Shown one piece after another: positions 1-10,340 of a DNA stretch of 64,000 nt. This stretch comes from an uncultured Marinobacter sp. (GTDB taxonomy: Bacteria; Pseudomonadota; Gammaproteobacteria; Pseudomonadales; Oleiphilaceae), in the NCBI GenBank assembly GCA_964632565.1, contig CAZWEP010000003.1, forward strand, positions 3,845-67,844, in the 5' to 3' direction. The position numbers and the translations under genes are program-made. The notes under the pieces are model-generated. The model made no database searches, was not told the DNA's origin, and worked only from the letters and a program-made list of their open reading frames with translations. How positions within the stretch are numbered: the stretch's first letter is position 1; each line of letters starts with the position of its first letter.

Positions 1-1
1 T

Positions 2-388
2 ATCGACCATTGGTTTGGCGTCTTCCCTGCCTTGTATCAGTGGCCGGTACTGCTGGCCGGCATGCTGCTACTGATGACATCGTTTACGATTCTCAATTAT
101 CTCCAGGCGTATATGGATCAGGACTGGCGTTCTGGTGTTGACGAGAAGCAATCCCAAAACCTGCTCACCAAAGGCCCGTTCGGTCGCAGTCGCAATCCAA
201 TTTTCATGACCGTGATGCTGGGTCAGCTGGGCTTTTTCCTCGCCTTGCCCTCTGTTTTCTCGCTGGTTTGCCTGGTGACAGGGGTCCTGGTCCTGATTCG
301 CCAGACCCGAGTGGAGGAGAAGGCGCTGGGCGAATTGTTCGGCGACCTTTATCAGGCCTATCGGGACCGGGTACCACGCTGGCTGTAG
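2..388 (+). CDS. Isoprenylcysteine carboxylmethyltransferase / PEMT family membrane methyltransferase (5' truncated by window edge)
   Basis: Frame is open from base 2; motifs SWR/DWRSGVD, LLTKGPFGRSRNPIF, EEKALGELFGDLYQAYRDRVPRW. Confidence 0.8.
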   Translation: MDHWFGVFPALYQWPVLLAGMLLLMTSFTILNYLQAYMDQDWRSGVDEKQSQNLLTKGPFGRSRNPIFMTVMLGQLGFFLALPSVFSLVCLVTGVLVLIRQTRVEEKALGELFGDLYQAYRDRVPRWL

Positions 389-407
389 GTTCTTTTTTGA
401 TGGGCCG

Positions 408-1184
408 TCAGGCTGTGCGAGCGCTTTTGATCACATCGTAGGCGTGGCTGATTTCGCGGGTGCGTTGTTCGGCCATTTCCCGCATGCTTTCCGGTAAGCC
501 ACGACCGGCCAGTTTGTCCGGGTGATTCTCACTCATCAGCTTGCGGTAAGCCTTTTTGATGTCGGCATCACTGTCCGATGCTGATACCCCCAATACCTTA
601 TAGGCATTTTCCAGTTGACCGGCGGAAGAGGCCTGACCTCTCGCACCAGCGCCACCCTGTTGCGCCCCGCCTCTCAGCATGGCTTCCAGTTGGTCCACCT
701 GGGATTCTGGCAGGCCCAGTACCCGCGCGATGTGCACCAGCATTTCATGTTCGGCCGGATGAATCACGCCATCAGCGGCGACTGCAGAGACCTGGACCTG
801 GAGAAACATCTGCAATAGGGCGGGCTGGCGACCACTGGCTCTCAGAAACCTTTGCAGTTCGGCATCCAGATCAAAGTCTGCGGATTTTCCGCGATTGAAT
901 GCGGCCTTGGCGCGCTCGCGGTTTTCGCCAGACAATCGAAATTGGTTGAACAGCTTTTCTGCCACTTCGATTTCGTCACGAGTAACAACACCATCGGCTT
1001 TGCAAAGCGCCCCCATAACAGCGAAGACGGATTCCAGGAAATGCGTCTGCACGCTGCTGATTTTTTGCCACAGCCGACGCTTGATGTACTGGCTCAAAAA
1101 CGCGCCGATGGCTGCACCGATCAGGAATCCGGGAAATCGTCCGAAGAGGTAACCGATCAAACCGCCGATAAAAAGGCCGAACAT
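408..1184 (-). CDS. djlA: Co-chaperone DjlA (TM + TerB-like + J domain)
   Basis: N-terminal Gly-rich TM segment, KADGVV TerB-like motif, C-terminal J domain with HPD (ENHPDKL). Confidence 0.93.
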   Translation of the reverse strand: MFGLFIGGLIGYLFGRFPGFLIGAAIGAFLSQYIKRRLWQKISSVQTHFLESVFAVMGALCKADGVVTRDEIEVAEKLFNQFRLSGENRERAKAAFNRGKSADFDLDAELQRFLRASGRQPALLQMFLQVQVSAVAADGVIHPAEHEMLVHIARVLGLPESQVDQLEAMLRGGAQQGGAGARGQASSAGQLENAYKVLGVSASDSDADIKKAYRKLMSENHPDKLAGRGLPESMREMAEQRTREISHAYDVIKSARTA

Positions 1185-1274
1185 GAAGATATCCTTGCTG
1201 TCAGTATGGATCGATGCTCAGTATACGGATTTTGCATGGGTTTTCGGAGCGCGCGTCTGTGAATGGATAAATCG

Positions 1275-4100
1275 TCACATCACAAAGCGGCTCTCGTCGA
1301 CCTCGTCGCATTGGTAAGGGAGCAGAAATTGTTCGCCGTAGCGTCGGTAGATGCCCGAGCGAATGAACAATTCGAACGTTGCCTTGTCCAGATGACCCTC
1401 TTTGACCATGTAGCTCATGATGGTCAGCGACTCGGTGAGGGTTTTACCGTCCTTGTAAGGACGGTCAACGGCGGTCAGTGCCTCGAAGACATCGGCTACT
1501 GCCATGATTCGTTCCGGAATACTGAGTTCCTCACCGGTCAGTTTGCACGGATACCCCTGACCATCAATCCGTTCATGGTGAGTTCCGGCAAGGCGAGGCA
1601 CCCGCGCCAGCCAGTCTGGCAAGGGCAGGGAGTCGAGCATGCAGATAGTCTGCACAATGTGGTCGTTGATGCGGAAACGCTCTTCTGGTGTGAGTGTGCC
1701 TTTCTGAATGGTCAGGTTGTGGAGCTCACCAATGTTGGCTGCGTGTTCTGGCAGCTTCATGTCGAAGCCCCATCGGTTGTTAGGATCGTCTTTGGTGACT
1801 GGCGGCACCCGCTCTCCCCAGGACCGGATGTGATGGGGTTTGTCGGCCAGAAGGTATTCCGTGGCTGGCAGTTCTGATTCGGGCGTCTCCTCCAGCGATT
1901 GCTTCTCGTCTCCAGACAAGCCCAGCCGGTCGCTGAAATGTCGCTGCCAGGTTCGCGATGCAATCCGCCTCAACGCGTCGATGTCCTCTTCATCCATGAA
2001 TTCCGCACCGGTATTGGCGGTAGCGACCGTTTCAAAGTCTGCCTGCAGTGCTTCCTGTTCACAGTCGCGCTCTGATTGCGCTTGAGCCGGGTCTTCGCCG
2101 TCGAGCTTTTTCTGTAAATAGCGGATCTCGGCATCGCGATGCAGCACTTCAAACCGTGTGCGCACCTCGTGGATGCGGTTGTAGATGGTTTCCAGTTTTA
2201 CGGCTTTGTCGACAATGTACTCCGCACTGGTGATCTTGCCGCAATCATGAAGCCAGGCAGCCAGATGGAACTCGTATTTTTCGTCGTCTGTCATGTTGAA
2301 TTGGGCAAAATCTGGCTGATCGGTCGATATGGCTTCATCAACCATCATCTGGGCCAGTTTCGGCACGCGTTCGCAGTGACCGCCGGTATAGGGCGACTTG
2401 GCGTCAATGGCGCTGGCAACCAGTTTAATGAAACCCTCCAACAGAGCTTGCTGGGTTTCAATCAGCTCACGGGTTTCAATGGCGACGGCAGCCGATCCTG
2501 CAATTTCGTCAACAAACACGATCAGTTCATCCGTGAGATGGACATGATCGCCATGTTCCAGTTCGATCACCAGGGCACCGATCAGCTTCTTGCCACGATT
2601 GCGTAATATGGCGAAAACAGGATGGCCGGGAATTTGCTCTCTGAGCTTGCGGATAATGTCGTTGTCATCATCGTGGACGTCGATCCCCTTGATGAGCGAG
2701 GGTGAGTTCAGATGCTGATCCACTGAGAGCTTGAGCTGCGTGCCGTGTTCGGCGGCAAGGTAAACGGCGCCTCTGCGTTGGCCGACGATCTGAATGATTT
2801 GAGTGAGGATGTCTTGCAACAGGTGGTGAAGATCTTGCCCGCGATTCAAGACCGTCGCGATGCTCTGGAAGCTGCGTATCGTGCTGGCCATGTCGTCGAG
2901 CGCGACGCTCAGATGCCGCGCTTCGCGAATTCGCGAATCGACACCAACGGACGTATCGAACTGAAATTTTGAGAGTTGTTCGACGCGATCCGTCAAACGC
3001 TCCAGGGGGCGCCCGACCTGGCGCCCCAATATCCAGCCCATTCCAAGAAGTACTATTGCCACTGGAATGGTAAACAGAGTTTGTTGCCGCAGGGACGCCC
3101 AGACATCTGCGAGAAGTTCGTCGGACGGAATGGCGACTGCAATCCTGAGATTGGCTTCGCCCAGAGAAGTCAGTGGTTCGGTAACACCCCACCACTCCTG
3201 GTTCTGGGCCTCGAAATACAGGGTGTCCAGTTGATCCGAGGGAGCTTTAGGTTGAGCCAGCAGTGATGACAGGATCGGACTCATACCCTCTGGAGTGCTG
3301 TGTGTCTGCGCCAGAACCTCTTGTTCACCCTTGATGATTGCGATGAGCGTTCCGGGGGTTTGTCTGAGCGCCATCAACTGGTCGCTCAGATCTGAAATCG
3401 TTACATCGATACCAAAGACAACCGCACCAGCGCTTTGGTGGGCGTCGGAGCGTTTCGACAGTGTCAGCCCCGTTTCCCCGGTAGTAAAAAATTCATAAGG
3501 AGGCGATAACTGTGTGCGATCTGTGACCCGCGCGGTCTGATACCAGACTCTGGAACGAGGATCGTAATCGTAATCTTGCGGAACTCGGCGGGCGACGATG
3601 TTCCAATGCCGATCCAGAAACACCAGTTCCTTGGCTTTGTTGCCATTACCGGTGGATGCAATGGATTGCACGAGATAGCGGGATCCGGGCGGAGCGTCCA
3701 CAAACCTCGTTGCCTGGGCGTTGGGCAAACTGCGTAGCAGGAAGAAGTCGCCGTTGCCATAACCCACATAGACCGCGCTGGCGATCCGGCTGCTGGTAAG
3801 CGCGTCTGCAATTACCGGCAGTCGCGACATGCGCTGTTCGAGGGAGCGCGCGCCTGCAATCGGATCATGGCTCAGCAGCGACAAAGCAGTAGCAGGAGGT
3901 GCGGTAAGCGAGCGAATGCGATCGTCCACACTGACTGCAATCTGGTTTGCTGCGGTGTTGGCGGCCTTGAGTCGGGCACTCTCAAGGCCATGAAAACTTT
4001 GTCCGACCAGCACCACGGCAAGCACAAGCATGGCGAGGCTAGTTACGGAGGCGATCAGTACCGCAAGCGAAATCTGGGATAAGCGTGTCTGGGGAGCCAT
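1275..4100 (-). CDS. HD-GYP cyclic dinucleotide phosphodiesterase with Cache-like sensor, HAMP and GAF-like domains
   Basis: Two TM segments flank an extracytoplasmic domain (YDPRSRVWY); DAKSPYTGGHCERV, WLHDCGK, HHERIDGQGYP, ADVFEAL motifs. Confidence 0.9.
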   Translation of the reverse strand: MAPQTRLSQISLAVLIASVTSLAMLVLAVVLVGQSFHGLESARLKAANTAANQIAVSVDDRIRSLTAPPATALSLLSHDPIAGARSLEQRMSRLPVIADALTSSRIASAVYVGYGNGDFFLLRSLPNAQATRFVDAPPGSRYLVQSIASTGNGNKAKELVFLDRHWNIVARRVPQDYDYDPRSRVWYQTARVTDRTQLSPPYEFFTTGETGLTLSKRSDAHQSAGAVVFGIDVTISDLSDQLMALRQTPGTLIAIIKGEQEVLAQTHSTPEGMSPILSSLLAQPKAPSDQLDTLYFEAQNQEWWGVTEPLTSLGEANLRIAVAIPSDELLADVWASLRQQTLFTIPVAIVLLGMGWILGRQVGRPLERLTDRVEQLSKFQFDTSVGVDSRIREARHLSVALDDMASTIRSFQSIATVLNRGQDLHHLLQDILTQIIQIVGQRRGAVYLAAEHGTQLKLSVDQHLNSPSLIKGIDVHDDDNDIIRKLREQIPGHPVFAILRNRGKKLIGALVIELEHGDHVHLTDELIVFVDEIAGSAAVAIETRELIETQQALLEGFIKLVASAIDAKSPYTGGHCERVPKLAQMMVDEAISTDQPDFAQFNMTDDEKYEFHLAAWLHDCGKITSAEYIVDKAVKLETIYNRIHEVRTRFEVLHRDAEIRYLQKKLDGEDPAQAQSERDCEQEALQADFETVATANTGAEFMDEEDIDALRRIASRTWQRHFSDRLGLSGDEKQSLEETPESELPATEYLLADKPHHIRSWGERVPPVTKDDPNNRWGFDMKLPEHAANIGELHNLTIQKGTLTPEERFRINDHIVQTICMLDSLPLPDWLARVPRLAGTHHERIDGQGYPCKLTGEELSIPERIMAVADVFEALTAVDRPYKDGKTLTESLTIMSYMVKEGHLDKATFELFIRSGIYRRYGEQFLLPYQCDEVDESRFVM

Positions 4101-4229
4101 GGAGTCTACGTCTTCTCCGATCCGGTCTGTTGTGACAGTCCGGGTCAGATTGGTGTCACTCCCGGATAATTCGTTATCCTGAAGGGTAGTTGCTTACCAT
4201 CGATCTGTCCTGAGAGAGCTACTTCTCTG

Positions 4230-4877
4230 ATGAACAACGATTTGTTTGAACATGACATGACCCCCTGGGATGAATCGCTGGTCGAGGGCGCGTTGATTCT
4301 GCGGCGGTTTGCGTCGGAACAGGCGTGTACTTTGTTGAAAGACATCGAAACTGTGACCGAGGAGTCGCCTTTCCGACAAATGGTCACGCCGGGCGGTCAC
4401 ACCATGTCCGCTGCGATGTCTTGCTGTGGACAGTGGGGTTGGGTGACGGACAGGAAGGGCTACCGGTATGAACCCATCGATCCCCAAACCAACAGGGCCT
4501 GGCCATCCATGCCAGAGAGTTTTTGGCAGTTGGCGTGCAATGCCGCGGCCCGGGCTGGCTATTCCGGCTTCGAGCCCGATGCCTGTCTCATTAACCGCTA
4601 TCTTCCCGGGGCCAAAATGGGATTGCATCAGGATAAGGACGAACTCGATTTTGACCAGCCCATTGTGTCCGTGTCGCTGGGCACGCCGATGGTGTTTCAA
4701 TTCGGAGGACTGCGCCGGAGTGACCGGCCGCAAAAAGTCGCCCTGGAGCACGGCGATGTGGTGGTCTGGGGAGGACCGGCCAGGCTTCGGTATCATGGGG
4801 TTCTGACATTGAAGTCCAATTCCCACCCGTTGACTGGGGCCTGCCGGTATAACCTGACGTTTCGCAGGGCGCGTTGA
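4230..4877 (+). CDS. alkB: DNA oxidative demethylase AlkB
   Basis: TPGGHTMS, GWVTDRKGYRY, CLINRYLPGAKMGLHQDKDE (HxD), RLRYHG, RYNLTFR. Confidence 0.95.
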   Translation: MNNDLFEHDMTPWDESLVEGALILRRFASEQACTLLKDIETVTEESPFRQMVTPGGHTMSAAMSCCGQWGWVTDRKGYRYEPIDPQTNRAWPSMPESFWQLACNAAARAGYSGFEPDACLINRYLPGAKMGLHQDKDELDFDQPIVSVSLGTPMVFQFGGLRRSDRPQKVALEHGDVVVWGGPARLRYHGVLTLKSNSHPLTGACRYNLTFRRAR

Positions 4878-4882
4878 CGGTC

Positions 4883-6163
4883 CTACAGGACAGCCGCAAC
4901 GACCAGGCCAGTGACCAGAGACATCAGCATTGGAATTGCCACCTTTTTGCCCAGCCTGCGCGTACCCAGGGTTCCGGCCATGCCCGCCTTCACCAGATTG
5001 TTGACCGCCGACGCGAGAATGATACCGACCACGGCCGTGTCATGGGTCAGGGTCTGTTGTGACATTCTGGTGAGTGAGAGGGTGATCGCGTCAACATCAG
5101 CGATACCGGAGATGCCGGCGAGCACCAGGATGCCCGCTTCCCCCCACCATTGCCTGAGCATTTCAGCCGCCAGAAGAATGATGGTCAGAAGCGCGCCGAA
5201 AATGAGCGCAGAGGTGAGTTCCAGGGGATTCTGATGCAGGGTTGGCTGGCTGTCCTGCAAATTTCGCTCATGGCGCTTCCAGATCACCACCGCTGGCACG
5301 AAGAGAACAAGGCCCATCACCAGCACCGGAAGCCAGAGTGACGCCAGTAATGGAGGGCTGATCAGCACGCAGTAAATCAGGATTCGCGGGAACATGGTGG
5401 CGCAGGCGATCAGAATCCCGCTGGCGTATTGCGGAGCAAGTCCCGGCGACTGGTTCGATTGTCGTGCATAGTGCAGTGTCAGAGCCGTAGAGGAGCTCAG
5501 CCCTGCAAACAGGCTGGTAAAGAGAATGCCGCGGCCGGTGCCAAACAGACGCATGGCAAAATACCCGACGAAGGAGATGCTGGCGATCAACACCACCATC
5601 CACCAGATGGCTCTGGGATTAAGAACTTCACCCGGTCCAAAGCCTTCGTTTGGCAGCAGTGGTAGCAGGACGACAGTAATGGCCAGCAGTTTCAGCGCCG
5701 CGTCAAGTTCATGGGCTTTCAGGCGCTCAACAACGCTATGAATTTCTTCCTTGTTGTCCAGAATGATCGCGGTGATGACGGCCGCCGCCACGGCCAGGGT
5801 CGGGTCTACAGCGACGGCCACCGCACCAAAACAGAAGGTAAGAATCAGGCTGATCATGCCGGTAATACTGAAGTTGTGGGTCTCATCAACCTGTTTGTTG
5901 AAGGCCACCAGCGCGATGCCAACCACCGCCAGAAGCAACGAGGGAAACGCCCAGGGCGTCAGGTTGTCGCCGAGAACAGCAGCAACGCCTCCAAGCAGAC
6001 CGACGAGGGAGAAGGTCCGGATTCCGGCAACCCGCGAGCCCGCCACTTTTTTGCGGCTACCCCAGCCACGCTCAAGACCCACCACGGCACCCAGCAGCAG
6101 TGCAATGGTGAGATTGACCGCCGTCGCGTGATTCGAAAAAAAATCCTCGGCTAGATCGACCAT
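4883..6163 (-). CDS. MgtC/SapB family membrane protein with DUF4010
   Basis: GAVVGLERG...AGIRTF MgtC motif, GLSSSTA and DVDAITLS motifs, many TM helices. Confidence 0.85.
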   Translation of the reverse strand: MVDLAEDFFSNHATAVNLTIALLLGAVVGLERGWGSRKKVAGSRVAGIRTFSLVGLLGGVAAVLGDNLTPWAFPSLLLAVVGIALVAFNKQVDETHNFSITGMISLILTFCFGAVAVAVDPTLAVAAAVITAIILDNKEEIHSVVERLKAHELDAALKLLAITVVLLPLLPNEGFGPGEVLNPRAIWWMVVLIASISFVGYFAMRLFGTGRGILFTSLFAGLSSSTALTLHYARQSNQSPGLAPQYASGILIACATMFPRILIYCVLISPPLLASLWLPVLVMGLVLFVPAVVIWKRHERNLQDSQPTLHQNPLELTSALIFGALLTIILLAAEMLRQWWGEAGILVLAGISGIADVDAITLSLTRMSQQTLTHDTAVVGIILASAVNNLVKAGMAGTLGTRRLGKKVAIPMLMSLVTGLVVAAVL

Positions 6164-7038
6164 GTCTGTATCCCTTCCGCGTTTTGTTCCAACAATCGTG
6201 TCAGGTCCTGTAACACTTCACCGCTGTGACGCCAGAAATGCCAATACAGCGGAACGCTCAGGCCGTGGTCGGGCGCCAGATCGACCAGCTCTCCCCGCCT
6301 GATCCAATGCCCCGCCTGTATATCTGGAATCATGCCATAGCCAATCCCGGCCAGGGCAAACCGTACGAATCCTTCTGAAGACGGGCACAGGTGATACCGG
6401 AAACTGCCGTGGTAACCAAACCCATTCAGGAAACGGTGCTGCAACTGATCGTTGGGTCCGTAGACAATCGCCGGTGCCGTGGCCAGGGATTCGCCGTTGA
6501 TGCCTTCAGGGAAATAGCGGCGGAGATAGTCGGGGGTGGCCAGCGGACGATAGGTGATGCTGCCCAGTGGCACCGCACGGGCACCCGCGACAGGCTGAGG
6601 GCTGCTGCACAGACACGCCGCCACATCACCTTCGCGCATTCTGCGCAGGCCCACATCCTGATCTTCGATGACCAGATCCAGCAGCACCTGCTCCGTCTGG
6701 CAGAATGCGGCGACCGCCGAGGCCCACCAGGTTGCGACGCTGTCCGCATTGATGGCGATGCGCAGACGGGAGGTTTCTTCTGCCAGGGCGGGGAGGTTGC
6801 GGGCAAGATCCCGTTCCAGCAATTGAACCTGCTGGAAATGGTTCAGCAGCTTTTGCCCTGCGGGTGTCGGACGCAGTTCAGGATGGCGGGTTATCACGGG
6901 CTGCCCCAGCCGAACCTCAAGCGACTTGATTCGTTGGGAGATGGCGGACTGAGTCAGTCCCAGCACGTCGCCGGCGCGTTCAAATCCTCCGTTTTCCACG
7001 ACCGAGGCCAGGGCCTGGACAAGCTTGTAGTCAATCAT
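6151..7038 (-). CDS. argP: LysR-family regulator ArgP/LysG
   Basis: MIDYKLVQALASVVENGGFERA...TQSAISQRIK HTH, IAINADSVATW, LYWHFW; divergent from a LysE/ArgO gene. ATG at 7038 preferred over the ORF-track TTG. Confidence 0.9.
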   Translation of the reverse strand: MIDYKLVQALASVVENGGFERAGDVLGLTQSAISQRIKSLEVRLGQPVITRHPELRPTPAGQKLLNHFQQVQLLERDLARNLPALAEETSRLRIAINADSVATWWASAVAAFCQTEQVLLDLVIEDQDVGLRRMREGDVAACLCSSPQPVAGARAVPLGSITYRPLATPDYLRRYFPEGINGESLATAPAIVYGPNDQLQHRFLNGFGYHGSFRYHLCPSSEGFVRFALAGIGYGMIPDIQAGHWIRRGELVDLAPDHGLSVPLYWHFWRHSGEVLQDLTRLLEQNAEGIQTWSI

Positions 7039-7051
7039 AAGCAAAACTTAT
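7037..7051. promoter_or_regulatory. LysR (ArgP) operator, T-N11-A dyad overlapping the argP start
   Basis: ATAAG-CAAAA-CTTAT inverted repeat in the divergent argP/argO spacer. Confidence 0.6.
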
Positions 7052-7122
7052 AGGGCATTAAGACTATGATTTTTTAGTATAGCCCGATCCCGGTATGCTT
7101 CCAGCCACTACAGGAGGACATC

Positions 7123-7743
7123 ATGCTGACAAGTTATCTCACCGGGTTGATTGTGTGTGGCGGTATCATCGTCGCGATTGGCGCTCAGAACGCTTACATT
7201 CTGGGCCAGGCCATCCGGCGTGAGCACCATTGGACCTGTGTGGGTATCTGCATGAGCGCCGACATTCTGCTGTTCACCATCGGAATGTTCGGAGTCAGTG
7301 CGGCACTGATGGCCGTTCCGGAGGCCATGGAGGTGCTGCGCTGGTTGGGTGTTGCGTTCCTGGGCTGGCTTGCAACGGTGGCCTTTATCAAAGTGATTCG
7401 TGGCCGCAACGGGCTGGACGCGGATTCTCAGGCTGTCACCAGTCTTCGGGCCGTGGTGTTCACGACGCTAGCGGTCACACTGCTGAATCCACAGGTGTAT
7501 TTAGACACTCTATTGTTAATCCCCTCTGTGGGCGCGCAACAGGCAAATCCGATTGCCTTTGTCGCCGGCGCCAGCACTGCCTCTGTGCTCTGGTTCGGAT
7601 TGCTGGGCGTCGCGGGTGCAGCCCTGTCACCATGGCTGGCGCGTCCCCTGGCCTGGCGCTTCATCGACGGCGGAATTGGCGCAATGATGGCCGCCATTGC
7701 CATTCATCTGGCCAGTAATGGATTGCAGGGCCCGGTGGCGTGA
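7123..7743 (+). CDS. argO: LysE/ArgO family arginine/lysine exporter
   Basis: IVAIGAQNAY, VTLLNPQVYLDT motifs; GGAGG RBS; divergent from argP. Confidence 0.88.
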   Translation: MLTSYLTGLIVCGGIIVAIGAQNAYILGQAIRREHHWTCVGICMSADILLFTIGMFGVSAALMAVPEAMEVLRWLGVAFLGWLATVAFIKVIRGRNGLDADSQAVTSLRAVVFTTLAVTLLNPQVYLDTLLLIPSVGAQQANPIAFVAGASTASVLWFGLLGVAGAALSPWLARPLAWRFIDGGIGAMMAAIAIHLASNGLQGPVA

Positions 7744-7934
7744 TGCCGGGCCTTCTGGTAAGCTTCGCGGCCTTTACTAGCCAGCGATCTGAGTGTTTGC
7801 AGTAACCGAAACAGTGGCCTTCCCTCCGCAGTAGTGTTCCTCTTCCCAGATGTTTTTTCGCGTTGTCCCCGGCCCAGACGGGCAAAGCGGCTGGCGCGGT
7901 TTTATTCAGTCAGTGACCAACGGATATCACGATC

Positions 7935-9422
7935 ATGGTAAATACGCTCAAAGCCCAATGGCTCTCAAACATTCGGGGTGACCTTCTGGCCGGCATTGTT
8001 GTCGCGCTTGCGCTGATCCCGGAGGCCATTGCCTTTTCAATCATTGCGGGTGTGGATCCGAAAGTGGGGCTCTACGCCTCCTTTTGCATTGCCGTTGTGA
8101 TTGCCTTTGTTGGGGGCCGGCCCGGCATGATTTCCGCAGCCACCGGCGCCATGGCGCTGTTGATGGTCACGTTGGTAAAAGAACACGGCCTTGAGTATCT
8201 GCTTGCGGCGACGTTGCTGACCGGTGTGTTCCAGATCATTGCCGGGTATCTGAAGCTGGGCGGGCTGATGCGGTTTGTGTCCCGCTCGGTGGTGACCGGA
8301 TTCGTGAATGCGCTGGCAATCCTGATTTTCATGGCGCAGCTCCCGGAGCTGACCAACGTTACCTGGCATGTCTACGCCATGACGGCGGCCGGCCTTGGGA
8401 TTATCTACCTGTTTCCGCTGGTGCCGAAGGTTGGCCGAATTCTGCCTTCGCCGTTGGTGTGCATTATTTCAATGACCGCGGTAGCCATCTTCTTCAACAT
8501 CGATATTCGCACAGTCGGCGATATGGGTGAACTCCCGGACACTCTGCCGATCTTCCTGTGGCCGGATGTGCCTCTGAATCTGGAGACGCTGAGCATCATT
8601 CTGCCTTACTCACTGGGACTTGCCGTCGTGGGCCTGCTGGAATCCATGATGACCTCCACCATCGTGGACGACCTGACGGACACCACCAGCGATCGCAACC
8701 GCGAATGCAAAGGGCAGGGCGTTGCGAACATTGGCTCGGGACTTCTTGGTGGTATGGCGGGCTGCGCCATGATTGGCCAGTCCATCATCAACATCAAGTC
8801 CGGTGGACGCACCCGGCTGTCGACTCTCACCGCCGGTGTGTTTCTGTTGATCATGGTGCTGGTGCTCGACGAGTGGCTGGTTCAGATTCCCATGGCGGCA
8901 CTAGTGGCGGTGATGATCATGGTGTCGATCGGCACCTTCAGCTGGGCATCGATCAAGAATCTTCGCGAGCATCCGCTTTCAACCAATATTGTGATGGTGG
9001 TGACGGTGATTGTGGTGGTGGCCACGCACAATTTGGCGTTTGGTGTTCTGGCCGGGGTGCTGTTGGCGTCGCTGTTCTTCGCAAACAAGATCGGTCATTT
9101 CATGCTGGTGAAGTCCGAGTACCAGGATGCGTCAGACACTCGCACCTACACCGTGGTCGGTCAGGTGTTCTTCAGCTCCTCGGAAAAATTCATTGATTCC
9201 TTTGACTTCAAGGAAGCGGTGGATAATGTGGTGATAGACCTCAGCCGGGCGCATTTCTGGGATATTACCGCCGTTGGCGCACTGGACAAGGCGGTTCTGA
9301 AGTTCCGCCGCGAAGGCGCGGAAGTGGAAGTCATTGGCCTGAACGAAGCCAGCGCAACCATCGTGGATCGATTTGGCGTTCATGATAAACCCGAGGCCGT
9401 TGACCAGATTATGGGGCACTAG
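7935..9422 (+). CDS. SulP family inorganic anion transporter with C-terminal STAS
   Basis: [54 protein letters not shown]...DLSRAHFWD. Confidence 0.93.
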   Translation: MVNTLKAQWLSNIRGDLLAGIVVALALIPEAIAFSIIAGVDPKVGLYASFCIAVVIAFVGGRPGMISAATGAMALLMVTLVKEHGLEYLLAATLLTGVFQIIAGYLKLGGLMRFVSRSVVTGFVNALAILIFMAQLPELTNVTWHVYAMTAAGLGIIYLFPLVPKVGRILPSPLVCIISMTAVAIFFNIDIRTVGDMGELPDTLPIFLWPDVPLNLETLSIILPYSLGLAVVGLLESMMTSTIVDDLTDTTSDRNRECKGQGVANIGSGLLGGMAGCAMIGQSIINIKSGGRTRLSTLTAGVFLLIMVLVLDEWLVQIPMAALVAVMIMVSIGTFSWASIKNLREHPLSTNIVMVVTVIVVVATHNLAFGVLAGVLLASLFFANKIGHFMLVKSEYQDASDTRTYTVVGQVFFSSSEKFIDSFDFKEAVDNVVIDLSRAHFWDITAVGALDKAVLKFRREGAEVEVIGLNEASATIVDRFGVHDKPEAVDQIMGH

Positions 9423-9475
9423 CTCTGGTACTCTGGAATCCATAACCCGACAACAATAAACCAGGAGAGGTAGAG

Positions 9476-10330
9476 ATGTTTCGAATCGTGGCATGCATTG
9501 ACGGCTCACGGGCTGCGCCCGCCGTGTGTGATTACGCCGCCTGGGCGAGTCGACACATGGGCTCTGCCCTGACTCTGTTGCACGTTCTCGACGAAGATCG
9601 CTACCCCATTGAGCCGGATCTGGCCGGCAGCATCGGGCTGGGCAGCCGGGAACTGTTGATGGATGAATTGGCCGAACTGGATCGCAAACGGTCCAAACTG
9701 GCCCTGGAGCATGGCCATCACCTGCTGGACGAAGCCGAGCTGAGGGTGAAAAAGGACGACGGGATTGTGGACGTCGCCAAGCGACAGCGCCATGGCGACC
9801 TCACCGAATCGCTACTGGCCTTGGAAGATCAGACCCGTCTCCTGGTGATGGGGTTGCACGGCGAGAGCAGCTCGGATCGAGACATCCACATTGGCAGCCA
9901 GCTCGAAACCGTCATCCGCAGTGTTCACCGGCCAATCCTGCTGGTGCCCGACGAATATCGTCAGCCAGCCAGCGCGATGTTTGCCTTTGACGGCAGCGCC
10001 ACGGCGTTCAGAGGCATCGACTTGCTGGCAGGCAGCGGTGTGCTGGAACGGATGCCGCTCCACCTTGTGATGGTCGGGCCGGACACCAGCGACCGCTGGG
10101 AGCAGTTGAAACAGGCCGAGAAGCGATTGGCTGGCGTCAGTGCCGAAATCACGCTGGCGATTCGTGCCGGCGATGTGGAACCCACCCTGCACGCCTATCA
10201 GCAGGAACACGACATCGACATTCTGGTGATGGGCGCGTACGGACACTCAAGGATTCGACAGTTTCTTGTGGGCAGCACCACGACGACCATGCTGGAAACC
10301 GCGAAGACACCGATTGTGATCCTGCGTTGA
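9476..10330 (+). CDS. Universal stress protein (tandem USP domains)
   Basis: IVACIDGS, LLVMGLHG, AFDGS, LVMGAYGHSRIRQFLVGSTT; typical partner of sulP. Confidence 0.92.
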   Translation: MFRIVACIDGSRAAPAVCDYAAWASRHMGSALTLLHVLDEDRYPIEPDLAGSIGLGSRELLMDELAELDRKRSKLALEHGHHLLDEAELRVKKDDGIVDVAKRQRHGDLTESLLALEDQTRLLVMGLHGESSSDRDIHIGSQLETVIRSVHRPILLVPDEYRQPASAMFAFDGSATAFRGIDLLAGSGVLERMPLHLVMVGPDTSDRWEQLKQAEKRLAGVSAEITLAIRAGDVEPTLHAYQQEHDIDILVMGAYGHSRIRQFLVGSTTTTMLETAKTPIVILR

Positions 10331-10340
10331 TTCGCCGGAA

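Noticed and set aside
4194-4826. 210-aa ORF antisense to alkB, and similar shadow ORFs over mutS, lon, fleQ and phzF
   Set aside because: Each overlaps a confidently identified gene on the opposite strand and lacks domain signal
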